DNA of 64,000 nucleotides, from assembly GCA_003135555.1 (NCBI GenBank), contig PLCF01000080.1, positions 6,619-70,618 on the forward strand, read 5' to 3'. The notes below the pieces were generated by a model. It was given only the letters and a program-made list of their open reading frames with translations, had not been told where the DNA came from and ran no database searches. Shown here piece by piece: positions 52,822-61,919 of the stretch. Source of the DNA: Vulcanimicrobiota bacterium. Its GTDB lineage: Bacteria > Vulcanimicrobiota > Vulcanimicrobiia > Vulcanimicrobiales > Vulcanimicrobiaceae. A program made the translations under genes and the position numbers. Position 1 is the first letter of the stretch, and every line of letters begins with the position of its first letter.

Positions 52822-55800
52822 TCAGTGCGCCACCGCCGGCGCATGCGAGGCTTGGTACTCCTGGAGCGAGCGCGGCGGCCCGGCCTCGGACTCCAGCGCC
52901 GTGACCAGGGCGTGCGCGGTGTCGAGCGAGGTGAGTGATGCGATCGAGGCTTCGACCGCAGCACGCCGGATGCGGTAGTTGTCGGTCTGGCCTTTACTGC
53001 TCTTGAAGTCGTTGATAACGAGGTCGACCGAGCGCTGCGTGATCAGGTCGAGCACGTCGGGGCCGCCCGCGCCGATTTTGTTGACCCGCTCAGCGGCGAT
53101 CCCGTGCGCAACGAGCACGTCGTACGTTCCCGGCGTGGCGACGAGCGTGTGACCGAGTGCGACCAGCCGGCGCATGAGCTCCACCGCGTCGTTCTTCTCC
53201 TCGTCGCTCACGGAGACCAACACGCGCCCGCCGCCGCTGGGCAGCCGAATACCGGCGCCGAGAAACCCCTTGCGCAGCGCACCGGCATACGTGGCGTCGA
53301 TCCCGAGCACTTCACCGGTCGATTTCATCTCGGGGCCCAGGATCGTCTCGACGCCGCGCATCTTGGCGAACGAGAATACGGGGACTTTGACGACCACGTA
53401 GTCGGGTTTGGGCCGCTGACCCGTACCCCACGGAAGGTCGCGCAACTTCTCGCCCAACGCGATTCGCGTCGCGGCCGCCACGAGATTGATCCCGGTTGCC
53501 TTGGAGATGATCGGAACGGTGCGGCTGGCACGCGGGTTGGCTTCGATGATGAGCAGGTCGTCGGTACCTTCGGGGATGACGAATTGGATGTTGATCAAGC
53601 CGCGTATTCCGAGCTCGCGCGCGATCGCGTCGGTGACCTCGACGATCCGGCGCTCCATGTCGTCGGAGATCGTCTGGGTCGGATAGACGCTGATCGAGTC
53701 GCCCGAATGGATGCCGGCGCGTTCGACGTGCTCGAAGATCCCCGGGATGAGGATGTCGTCGCCGTCGAACACCGCGTCGACCTCGACTTCGCGGCCACGC
53801 ATGTACTTGTCGATGAGCAGCGGCGCGCCGGGCGTGATCGGCGGCGCGCTCTCGACGTACGAGGCGAGCTGGCCCTCGTTGTAGACGACCTCCATCCCGC
53901 GTCCCCCGAGCACGTAGGACGGCCGCACCAGGACCGGAAAGCCGATCTCGCGCGCGATCGCGCGCGCCTCGCGGAAGGTATTCGCGGCACGGCCGCGCGG
54001 CCGCGCGACGCCCAGCTTCTCGAGCGCGGCGTCGAACTTCTCACGGTCTTCCGCCATGTCGAGTGAGCGGCGGTCACTGCCCACGATCGTGATGCCGCGC
54101 TTGGTCAGTTCGTCGGCGAGATTGATCGCCGTCTGTCCGCCGAACGCCAGCATCACGCCGCGCGCGTTGGTCGCGCGCGCGGTTGCCTCGACCTCATCGG
54201 CCCCGGGCGGCTCGAATACGAGCACGTCGCTGACGTCAAAGTCCGTCGACACCGTCTCGGGATTGTTGTTGATCACGACCGCGGCGCAGCCGGCAGCGTG
54301 CAGCGCCCACGCCGCGTGCACGCAGCTATAATCGAACTCGATCCCCTGACCGATGCGGATCGGGCCGCTGCCGACGACGACGACCGCCTCGCGCGCCGGC
54401 GGGCGCATCTCGTCGGCCTCGCCGCGCGAGAGATAGTAGTAGGGCGAGGTTGCTGGAAACTCGGCCGCCGCCGTATCGACCATGCGGAACTGGCCGCGAC
54501 CCATGGTCGGACCGACCGCGCCGGCCAGCGACTCGATGCCGCGCTGCGAATAGCCGGCCTCGACGGCCGCCTGCAAGTCACCGAAGGGCGCACACCGGAA
54601 ACCGGCGTCGTCGGTGTACGCGCCGCGGAGCCGTACTTCCAGGTCGACGAGAGCTTTGAACTCCCAGAGCCAGAACCGGTCGATCATCGAGAGCGCGCGG
54701 ATATCGTCGACGCTCCGTCCGCGCCGCAGCATCTCGCACACCGCGAACAACCGGTCGTGCGTCGGCTCGGTCGTGGCGCGCTCCAGCTCGTCGTCGCTCC
54801 ACTCGGCGTACGTACCGCCGGTGAGTGTCTCGTACTTGAGATCGAGCCCGCGCACCGCTTTCATCAGCGCGGCGGCGAAGGTGCGCCCGATTCCCATTGC
54901 CTCGCCGGTCGACTTCATCTGGGTGCCGAGGCGGAAGTCGGCGAGCGGGAACTTGTCGAACGGCCACCGTGGGAACTTCACCACGCAGTAGTCGAGCGTC
55001 GGCTCGTAGGCGGCCTTCGTGCGGCCGCCGGTGACCGGATTCGGAATCTGGTCGAGCGTCTGGCCGAGCGCGATCTTGGTCGAGATCTTGGCAATGGGAT
55101 AGCCGGTCGCTTTCGACGCCAGCGCCGAACTGCGCGAAACACGCGGATTCACTTCGATGATCTGGTACTCCGACCGGTCGGGGTGCAGCGCGAACTGGAT
55201 GTTGCAGCCGCCCTGAACGTTGAGCGCGCGAATCACGTTGATGCTCGACGTGCGCAGCATCTGGTAGTCGAGATCGGAGAGCGTCTGCGAGGGTGCGACG
55301 ACGATCGAGTCGCCGGTGTGCACGCCGACCGGATCGATGTTCTCCATATTGCAGACGATGATGCAGTTGCCGGCGCGGTCGCGCAGGACTTCGTACTCGA
55401 TCTCTTTCCAGCCGAGCAGCGAGGTTTCGACCAGCGCCTGGTGGATCCGCGACGCGTCGAGGCCCGTCTGCAGCGTAACGCGCAGTTCTGCCTCGTCGCG
55501 AACGACGCCGCCGCCGGTGCCGCCCAGCGTATACGCGGGCCGCACGACCAGCGGGTAACCGACTTCGGCCGCGAACGCGACGCCGGCCTCGACGTCGGTG
55601 ACGATCTGCGATTGCGGCACCGGTTCGCCGATCTCGATCATCTTGGCCTTGAAGCGCTCGCGGTCTTCAGCGAGCTTGATGGTGTCGAGCGGCGTACCGA
55701 GAAGCTCGACCCCGTAGCGCTCGATCACCCCGGCCTCGGCGAGTTCGACCGCGAGGTTGAGCCCGGTTTGGCCGCCCAGCGTCGGCAGCAGCGCGTCGGG

Positions 55801-56034
55801 GCGCTCGCGCTCGATGATGCTCTCGACCGACGCGACGGTCAGCGGTTCGAGATAGACCGCGTCGGCGATCTCCGGATCGGTCATGATCGTCGCCGGATTC
55901 GAGTTGACCAGGACGACCCGGTGGCCTTCCTCGTGCAACGCACGGCACGCCTGGACGCCGGCGTAGTCGAACTCGGCGGCCTGGCCGATGACGATCGGGC
56001 CAGACCCGATCACCATGACGGTACGCCGCTGCAT
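52822..56034 (-). CDS. carB: Carbamoyl-phosphate synthase large subunit
   Basis: GSGPIVIGQAAEFDY, NSNPATIMTD, EVNPRVSRSSALASKATG; duplicated ATP-grasp domains and MGS domain. Confidence 0.97.
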   Translation of the reverse strand: MQRRTVMVIGSGPIVIGQAAEFDYAGVQACRALHEEGHRVVLVNSNPATIMTDPEIADAVYLEPLTVASVESIIERERPDALLPTLGGQTGLNLAVELAEAGVIERYGVELLGTPLDTIKLAEDRERFKAKMIEIGEPVPQSQIVTDVEAGVAFAAEVGYPLVVRPAYTLGGTGGGVVRDEAELRVTLQTGLDASRIHQALVETSLLGWKEIEYEVLRDRAGNCIIVCNMENIDPVGVHTGDSIVVAPSQTLSDLDYQMLRTSSINVIRALNVQGGCNIQFALHPDRSEYQIIEVNPRVSRSSALASKATGYPIAKISTKIALGQTLDQIPNPVTGGRTKAAYEPTLDYCVVKFPRWPFDKFPLADFRLGTQMKSTGEAMGIGRTFAAALMKAVRGLDLKYETLTGGTYAEWSDDELERATTEPTHDRLFAVCEMLRRGRSVDDIRALSMIDRFWLWEFKALVDLEVRLRGAYTDDAGFRCAPFGDLQAAVEAGYSQRGIESLAGAVGPTMGRGQFRMVDTAAAEFPATSPYYYLSRGEADEMRPPAREAVVVVGSGPIRIGQGIEFDYSCVHAAWALHAAGCAAVVINNNPETVSTDFDVSDVLVFEPPGADEVEATARATNARGVMLAFGGQTAINLADELTKRGITIVGSDRRSLDMAEDREKFDAALEKLGVARPRGRAANTFREARAIAREIGFPVLVRPSYVLGGRGMEVVYNEGQLASYVESAPPITPGAPLLIDKYMRGREVEVDAVFDGDDILIPGIFEHVERAGIHSGDSISVYPTQTISDDMERRIVEVTDAIARELGIRGLINIQFVIPEGTDDLLIIEANPRASRTVPIISKATGINLVAAATRIALGEKLRDLPWGTGQRPKPDYVVVKVPVFSFAKMRGVETILGPEMKSTGEVLGIDATYAGALRKGFLGAGIRLPSGGGRVLVSVSDEEKNDAVELMRRLVALGHTLVATPGTYDVLVAHGIAAERVNKIGAGGPDVLDLITQRSVDLVINDFKSSKGQTDNYRIRRAAVEASIASLTSLDTAHALVTALESEAGPPRSLQEYQASHAPAVAH

Positions 56035-56118
56035 CCCGCCCAAGGATACGGCCGGACCCGGGCAGGTCCTTCACAGCGCCACGGGACCGTGCGCACACGT
56101 CGGCGTACACCAGCGCCG

Positions 56119-56850
56119 ATGCGCGCGGTGATCACTGCGGGTGGCCTGGTCGAAGGGAGCTTCGCGGCGACGATCGGGACGCGCGTCAAGGCGCTTGCTC
56201 CGTTCGGTTCGACGACGCTGCTCGACGTCGTGCTGGACGGCTGCGCCGGCGCCGGGATCGACGGCGTCGTCGTCATCGGCGGCATCGACGTTCGCGCGCA
56301 CCTGGCAGGCCGCGACGTACGCATCGTCGACGCCGCGCTCGACGGCGCCACCAACGTGCTGCGCGCGCTCGACGCATGGCCCAACGAGCGCTTCGTGTAC
56401 CTCAGCTCCGACCTGCCGTTTGCGAACGCCGGCGGACTGCGCGATCTGATCGCACGCAGCGACGGGTTTGCACTGACGATGGCCTTGGCGGACGTCGACG
56501 CGTACGCCGCGCGCTTCGCGGGCGCACCCGACCACAGCGTCGCGTTGGGCGGCGAGCGCGTCGCCAACGGAAATGCGTTCGTGCTCGACCCGTCGGCGGT
56601 CGAGCCCGCGCGCTCGCTGGCGACGAAGCTGTTCGAGGCGCGCAAGAGCTTGGTGCGGCTGGCGCTGCTGCTGGGGCCGGCGCTGTGCTGGAGGTTCGCC
56701 ACCAAGCAGCTGACGATCGCCCAGCTCGAGGCGTACGGGCGGCGCCGGCTGGGGGTCGCGGTCGGCGCGTTGCGTGGTTGCGATCCTGGACTGTGCTACG
56801 ACGTCGACACGCTCGAGGACTATCGGTACGCATGCACGCTTTCCGGCTAG
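56119..56850 (+). CDS. NTP-transferase domain protein (MobA-like)
   Basis: AVITAGG, KALAP, SSDLPF, YDVDTLEDY. Confidence 0.75.
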   Translation: MRAVITAGGLVEGSFAATIGTRVKALAPFGSTTLLDVVLDGCAGAGIDGVVVIGGIDVRAHLAGRDVRIVDAALDGATNVLRALDAWPNERFVYLSSDLPFANAGGLRDLIARSDGFALTMALADVDAYAARFAGAPDHSVALGGERVANGNAFVLDPSAVEPARSLATKLFEARKSLVRLALLLGPALCWRFATKQLTIAQLEAYGRRRLGVAVGALRGCDPGLCYDVDTLEDYRYACTLSG

Positions 56851-58010
56851 GGACGTTCTGGTTCGGGATCCAGGTCGTGTGGACGGCGATGCTCGGCGTC
56901 GTGTTTCAGGAGCGCGCCTCGGCGCTCGCTCCCGACGCGGTGACCACCTACACCGTGCTCGCTGCCGTCGGCGCGCTGCTGGGCGCCGCCGTGCAGGTTG
57001 CGGTCGGCATCGCCTCCGACCGCCGCCGGGCGCGCGTCGGCCATCGTCGGCTCTTCTACGCCGTGGGTGTTGCGCTTGCGGTTCCGGCGGTCGTCGTGTT
57101 GCCGGCGGTGCCGTCGCTAGCGGCATACTGGGCGGCGGCGCTGCTGCTGCAGATCGGGATGAACGTGGGCGGCGGGCCGTATCAGGGGATCGTCGCCGAC
57201 TACGTCGAGCCCGAGCGCATCGGTCGCGCCTCGTCGTGGATGAGCGTGCTGCAGTTCAGCGGCAGCGTGGTCGGAATACTGCTGACAACCCAACTGCACG
57301 GCGTGGCGCTGGGGGCCGCGCTTGCGGCGTGCCTGGTCGCGAGCTGGTTGGCGATGGACTCCTACGTCGCGCGACTGCCCGCGTGCCGCGATGCCGTCGT
57401 ACCATTGCGCCTCAACGCCAACATCTGGACGGTGCTGATCTCGCGCGCGCTGATCAACGTCGGCTTCTACACCCTTTTCGGATACCTGTTCTTCTTCGTC
57501 CACGAGTCGCTAGGTGTCCCCGACGCGCGCGTTACGACCGGGATCCTCATCCTGGCATTCACCGTCTCGGGCGTGCTCGGCGCGGCCCTCTCCGGTCGCG
57601 CGGCGGATCGCATCGACAAGCGCATCGTCGTCAGCCTGGCCTGTGCCGCGATCGCCGTTGCGGTCGGCGCCTTCGCCGCGGCGCCGACGGTAAGCGTCGC
57701 GCTCGCCTGCGCCGTCGGCGCCGGCGCGGCCTGGGGCGCATTCCTGACCGCCGACTGGGCGATCGCCTACGCGGTCCTGCCGCGCGCGGCGATGGCCGCA
57801 GCGATGGGCGTGTGGAACCTGGCCGCGGCCCTCCCGCAGGTCGCCGCACCGGCGATCACCGGGCCGTTGGTGAAGTTCATCGACGCACGCAACTATGGGC
57901 TCGGACCGCGCATCGCGCTCGTCTGCGTCATCATCGAGTTCGTCTTCGGCACCGCCTGGCTCTGGCGCTTGCGGCTTTCCGCTACGATCGCAGCACCTCG
58001 GAGAGATTGA
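56832..58010 (+). CDS. MFS transporter
   Basis: About 12 TM segments; GIASDRRR and GRAADRIDKR motif-A loops. Confidence 0.85.
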   Translation: MHAFRLGTFWFGIQVVWTAMLGVVFQERASALAPDAVTTYTVLAAVGALLGAAVQVAVGIASDRRRARVGHRRLFYAVGVALAVPAVVVLPAVPSLAAYWAAALLLQIGMNVGGGPYQGIVADYVEPERIGRASSWMSVLQFSGSVVGILLTTQLHGVALGAALAACLVASWLAMDSYVARLPACRDAVVPLRLNANIWTVLISRALINVGFYTLFGYLFFFVHESLGVPDARVTTGILILAFTVSGVLGAALSGRAADRIDKRIVVSLACAAIAVAVGAFAAAPTVSVALACAVGAGAAWGAFLTADWAIAYAVLPRAAMAAAMGVWNLAAALPQVAAPAITGPLVKFIDARNYGLGPRIALVCVIIEFVFGTAWLWRLRLSATIAAPRRD

Positions 58011-58036
58011 AACTCGCGTTGCCTTCGGAAACGCGC

Positions 58037-58462
58037 TCAGCCGAGTACCGTTTCGCGCAAGATGATGCGGCTGTGCGTCTCCGAGGCGCCGCGGGCGCGC
58101 AGCGTTTCGATCAACGTGACCAGAGCCGGCTCATCGGCGACCGCGACGCGTAGGGTGTAGTCGAAGTTGCCCGTCGTCAACGATGCCGATACGACCCCCG
58201 GCATGGCACGTAGCGCAGCCTCGAATGCGTCGGCTGCGGTCCCGCCCGCCAGACGTAGGTCCACGAACGCCGCCAGCCGTGCGCCGCTCGCGGCCGGGTC
58301 GATGTCGGCCCGGAAGCGCCGAATCGTCCCCGAGCTCACCAGCCGCCGTACCCGCTCCGCGACGGCGTTCGCGCTCAGGCCGACAGCCTCGCCCAGGTCG
58401 CGAAAGCTGACCCGGGCATCGTCGCGCAGCTGCCGGAGAATAGCGCGGTCCAAGGCGTCCAT
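58037..58462 (-). CDS. Lrp/AsnC transcriptional regulator
   Basis: MDALDRAILRQL..DARVSF.DLG..VGLS..AV.ERVRRL; TGNFDY. Confidence 0.92.
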   Translation of the reverse strand: MDALDRAILRQLRDDARVSFRDLGEAVGLSANAVAERVRRLVSSGTIRRFRADIDPAASGARLAAFVDLRLAGGTAADAFEAALRAMPGVVSASLTTGNFDYTLRVAVADEPALVTLIETLRARGASETHSRIILRETVLG

Positions 58463-58544
58463 TCCGGAGAGAAACGCGGCAAATCGGGTCTTATCCTTTT
58501 AATTTCCGTGTGAAGAGCGGCGCAAACGGCGCTATACTTCGCCT

Positions 58545-59615
58545 ATGAGAAGCCGCCCTACCGCTCTTGCCTTCGCTCTCGCTGTGCTGGCGACTGGCAA
58601 CCCCGTCCTCGCCGCCGACGATCCGGCGCGCGGCATCGTCGCGGGCGCCGCGGCGCGGCTCGAAGCCTATTACGTCTATCCCTCGCGGGCACGCCAAGCC
58701 GCGGAGCTGCTGCGGAGCAACGCATCGGGCGGCGCGTACGACGGCCTGCGGGAAAATGCGCTGGCAAAGCGCGTCACCGACGATCTCGCACCCGTCCTGC
58801 ACGACAAGCACGTGCGCCTGTCCTATTCCGTCGACGTCAACCCGCCGGCAAAAGCGTCGGGCAGCGGCCCGAGCGCCGAGGAAACCGCGGCGTTCGCGCG
58901 CTTCATGCGCCAGGCCGGCTACGGGTTGGGCCGCGTCGCGCACCTGCCGGGGAACGTCGGCTACATCGATCTGCGGGGCTTTTGGCAAGCGCCCCAAGAG
59001 AGCGCAACGGTGATCGACGGGCTCGCGAACGCGGTCGCGTACTCCGATGCGATCGTGCTGGACCTGCGCCGCAACCACGGCGGCGATCCGCTTGCGATCG
59101 CGCGGCTGCTGAGTCACTTTCTCGCGCCCAAGACCCATCTGAACGACTTCGTCGGCCGCGGCGACGACGACGCGAAGATCCAAGACTCGACCTTCACCGA
59201 GGACGTTCCGGGGCCGCGCATCACCGCACCGTTGTACGTCTTGACGTCGGGCGAGACGTTTTCGGGTGGCGAGGAGTGCGCGTACGACGTGCAGGCGCTC
59301 AAGCGCGGAACCCTCATCGGTGCGACCACCGGCGGCGGCGCGAACCCCGGCGACACGCGGCGTATCGACGACCACTTCTCGATCTTCGTCCCGGACGCTC
59401 GGGCGCGCAACCCGATCACCAAGACGAACTGGGAAGGCGTCGGCGTCAAACCCGACATCGAGACCCCGCGCGAGCGCGCGCTGATCGCAGCCTACGGCAC
59501 GGCACTCGACGGGAAGCTCCGCGACACTACGCTGTCGACCCCCGCACGCGCGCGACTGACCGAGCTGCGCGCGAAACTCGACACCATGACCGACGCGGAG
59601 ATCCTCGCGCTCTAG
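58545..59615 (+). CDS. Secreted S41-family peptidase
   Basis: GNVGYIDL, LDLRRNHGG, TFSGGEE, TGGGAN, NWEGVGVKPD. Confidence 0.9.
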   Translation: MRSRPTALAFALAVLATGNPVLAADDPARGIVAGAAARLEAYYVYPSRARQAAELLRSNASGGAYDGLRENALAKRVTDDLAPVLHDKHVRLSYSVDVNPPAKASGSGPSAEETAAFARFMRQAGYGLGRVAHLPGNVGYIDLRGFWQAPQESATVIDGLANAVAYSDAIVLDLRRNHGGDPLAIARLLSHFLAPKTHLNDFVGRGDDDAKIQDSTFTEDVPGPRITAPLYVLTSGETFSGGEECAYDVQALKRGTLIGATTGGGANPGDTRRIDDHFSIFVPDARARNPITKTNWEGVGVKPDIETPRERALIAAYGTALDGKLRDTTLSTPARARLTELRAKLDTMTDAEILAL

Positions 59616-59619
59616 GAGC

Positions 59620-60528
59620 TTACGGCACGGCGCGAAGCGCGTGGTCGAGTGCCGCGGCGAACTGTTCGGGCTGGTCGAGCATCACGAAGTGCTTCGCGCC
59701 GGGGATGACGACGACGTCCGCTTTGGATGCGCCGGTCAAGAGCGTGCGATAGAACGCGGCCTTCTGCTCCTGGGTGTACGGCTCGGCGGGACTGTAGCCG
59801 GTGATCTCGGTGAGCGGCACGGCCAGCATACCGAGTTGCGGCCGCAAGTCGGTTACGAGGTCGGCCTGGAGCCAGGCCGCTACCGTCGCGCGGTCGCTGC
59901 GTGCGCTCAACGCGGCGATCTCCTTGGCCAAGCCGGCGTCGGTGACGCCGACGCTCGCCATGTAGCCGCTTTCGTAGGTCGCGAACTGCTCGTCCGTCTG
60001 CGACCGCACGCTGTCGGCCAGCTGTTTGGCGGCGGCGGAGCGCTGATCGGCCGTCATCTGAGCGAGCATCGGGAATATCGGCAACCCGTCGACCGCCACG
60101 ACCGTGCGCACGCGATCGGGGTGCGCTTCGGCATACGCGATGACGAGCGTGCCGCCCAGGCTGTGGCCGACGAGCGCGGGCTTGACGATCGCACGCGAGG
60201 TCAGCAGCGCGCTCAAATCGGCGTCGAATCGCGCGAACGTCACGTCACCGCTCGCCGCCGGCCGTCCCGAAAAGCCCGCGAACGTGACCGCGTACACCGA
60301 ATGCGTGGCGGCGAGGTGCGGGATCACGGCGTTCCAGGTCCACGCCCCACTCGCCAGTCCGGGGACGAGCACGACCGAATCGCCGCTGCCGAAACGCTCG
60401 ACGTGCAGCATCCCGACGTCGAAGCTTTCGATCGGGCGCGGCGCAGGTGCAAGCGCTGCGGCACGCGCGGGGAGCGAGACCGACAGTGCGAGCAGCGCGG
60501 CGCACACGGCCGCAATGAGATTACGCAT
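59620..60528 (-). CDS. Secreted alpha/beta hydrolase
   Basis: Signal peptide; LVPGL, GHSLGG, KHFVMLDQP. Confidence 0.88.
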   Translation of the reverse strand: MRNLIAAVCAALLALSVSLPARAAALAPAPRPIESFDVGMLHVERFGSGDSVVLVPGLASGAWTWNAVIPHLAATHSVYAVTFAGFSGRPAASGDVTFARFDADLSALLTSRAIVKPALVGHSLGGTLVIAYAEAHPDRVRTVVAVDGLPIFPMLAQMTADQRSAAAKQLADSVRSQTDEQFATYESGYMASVGVTDAGLAKEIAALSARSDRATVAAWLQADLVTDLRPQLGMLAVPLTEITGYSPAEPYTQEQKAAFYRTLLTGASKADVVVIPGAKHFVMLDQPEQFAAALDHALRAVP

Positions 60529-60727
60529 GGATGGACTCCTCGTCGAGAAAGATGTCGTGAATTGTGCGTTCGAAGACGCGGGCGATTTTGAACGCCAGGG
60601 GGAGCGAGGGATCGTACTTACCGACCTCGAGCGCGTTGACGGTCTGGCGACTGACGCCGAGCCGCTCCGCGAGGTCACCCTGCGACCACTCGCGCTCCGC
60701 GCGTAAGACGCGCAGCGTGTTCTTCAC
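60521..60727 (-). CDS. XRE-family HTH regulator
   Basis: KNTLRVLRAEREWSQGDLAERLGVSRQTVNALEVGKYDPSLPLAFKIARVF. Confidence 0.92.
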   Translation of the reverse strand: MKNTLRVLRAEREWSQGDLAERLGVSRQTVNALEVGKYDPSLPLAFKIARVFERTIHDIFLDEESIHA

Positions 60728-61113
60728 GTGTAGCGCCGGCGGCCGATGTAGACGCCCAGGCCGTAGAGCGCCATCGTGAACGGGAAGACCCAGCCCACGC
60801 TGAACGTCGGAACGCCCGCGAGCCATTGCAAGAACCCGACCGTGAGGGTGACCGCAAAGGTGCCGAACACCGCGAACAACATCCCTTCCGCGTGGATCTT
60901 GCGGAACAGCTCGTCGCCGGCACGAATGCCGCGGACGTTTTCGATTCCGGCGAACACCAGCGGGACGAGCGGTAGCAACGCGAGGATCACGTGCAGCGCG
61001 TCGGGCCGACGAGGCTCGGGCATGAAGCTGCCCACGGCCACGACGACGACGCAATAGACGCCCATCCAGAGCAAGAAGCGCAACTGGTGCGCCTTCGTAG
61101 CCGCGTTCATCAT
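60724..61113 (-). CDS. Four-TM membrane protein cotranscribed with the XRE regulator
   Basis: Hydrophobic ORF with a DEL.RKI motif; stop overlaps the HTH start (GTGA). Confidence 0.75.
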   Translation of the reverse strand: MMNAATKAHQLRFLLWMGVYCVVVVAVGSFMPEPRRPDALHVILALLPLVPLVFAGIENVRGIRAGDELFRKIHAEGMLFAVFGTFAVTLTVGFLQWLAGVPTFSVGWVFPFTMALYGLGVYIGRRRYT

Positions 61114-61120
61114 GCACCCA

Positions 61121-61160
61121 ATAGTAAAGGGGACTTGTCTATCTGTCAAGTGTCCTAGAC
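61121..61160 (-). promoter_or_regulatory. Sigma70 promoter with two overlapping operator palindromes
   Basis: TTGACA (61149-61144), 17-nt spacer, TACTAT (61126-61121); GTAAAG-N4-CTTGTC and GTCAAG-N4-CTAGAC. Confidence 0.75.
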
Positions 61161-61230
61161 ATGACTCCCTTGACGTAAAAGGTACGAAGGCCCGGCCACC
61201 CCGGGCCGATCTCGATGCCCGAACCGACGT

Positions 61231-61340
61231 ATTAAAGACCGATCCCGTCGATGAACAGCACGCCGCCGTGGGCGGCCGACCTTGAAAACTGAAGCCCTGA
61301 CAGGGAGGACCGCCCGCCAGCATGTCTACGGCGTACCGGG
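61231..61340 (-). pseudogene. DNA cytosine-5 methyltransferase remnant
   Basis: VDMLAGGPPCQGFS (motif IV), then a frameshift to GVLFID and a stop. Confidence 0.7.
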
Positions 61341-61422
61341 TGTAGCATGGACGGGTATGCAGTCCCTCACGCAAGGACTACACTCAGACATTCCAAAAGC
61401 GCATTCTGCGGTCAGATAGGGA

Positions 61423-61808
61423 GTAAAACGCACCCCGCCTGCCCGACAAGCAAAAGAGCCCGCCCCGCACTCCTAATGCGGAACGGGCTCCTCGGGAAGG
61501 GTCCTCAGATCGGCTTCGGACCGATGTCTCCCCGTAAGGGGTGTTCTACCGGCTGAACCACCGAGGACCTAACGGAACCCACACCCCAGGCTCCCCCTGA
61601 CCAGCGCTCCTTACGGAGCACCGACCCTCATAGGCGCTACTCACCCTCCTTCTCGCAGAGATAGGGATACGACCACCGCTCGGCTCCGCAGCATGAACGG
61701 TGGTCGTATCATTTGCTTCCGACGCCGATGGCGTCGATTCCCTCGGGGGTCTCCCCCGTTTTGCTCACTTCTCCACAGGGTTCCACGCGGTTCCAAAGTG
61801 CGTTTTAC
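61423..61808 (-). ncRNA. Putative ~390-nt structured RNA containing a tRNA-like domain
   Basis: Terminal pairing, nested stems, GNRA loops and G-U pairs that work only on the minus strand; no credible ORF. Confidence 0.6.
61500..61569 (-). ncRNA. tRNA-like cloverleaf with a shrunken anticodon arm
   Basis: GGTCCTCGG-TG-GTTC.AGCCGGTA.GAAC-A-CCCC.TTAC.GGGG-AGAC-ATCGG.TCCGAAG.CCGAT-CTGAGGACC. Confidence 0.7.
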
Positions 61809-61919
61809 GCTGCGAACCCTCGCCCGGTAATCCCGAACACTGCGCCACCCGCCATGTTAACGTGAAGGTCGTGGTCGGGCCTTAACACGCGCGCCGGGCC
61901 GGTGTGGTATCCTGTCGTC

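Noticed and set aside
52822..56034. carB without carA as a novelty
   Set aside because: Separated carA and carB genes are common; carA may lie elsewhere
61448..61490. Plain intrinsic terminator
   Set aside because: Hairpin plus TTTT fits, but the T-tract and downstream bases have upstream pairing partners; kept only as an alternative conformation
61500..61569. Functional tRNA gene
   Set aside because: The anticodon arm is 4 bp with a 4-nt loop and the T-loop deviates, so it cannot decode
61768..61778. DnaA-box-like TTCTCCACA / replication origin
   Set aside because: Single mismatched box, no cluster or AT-rich unwinding region
61423..61808. RNase P RNA or tmRNA (similar size)
   Set aside because: No GAGGAAAGUCC or AGAACCCGGCUUA P4 elements; no tmRNA-type ends or tag ORF; the tRNA-like part has a full D-arm and is internal
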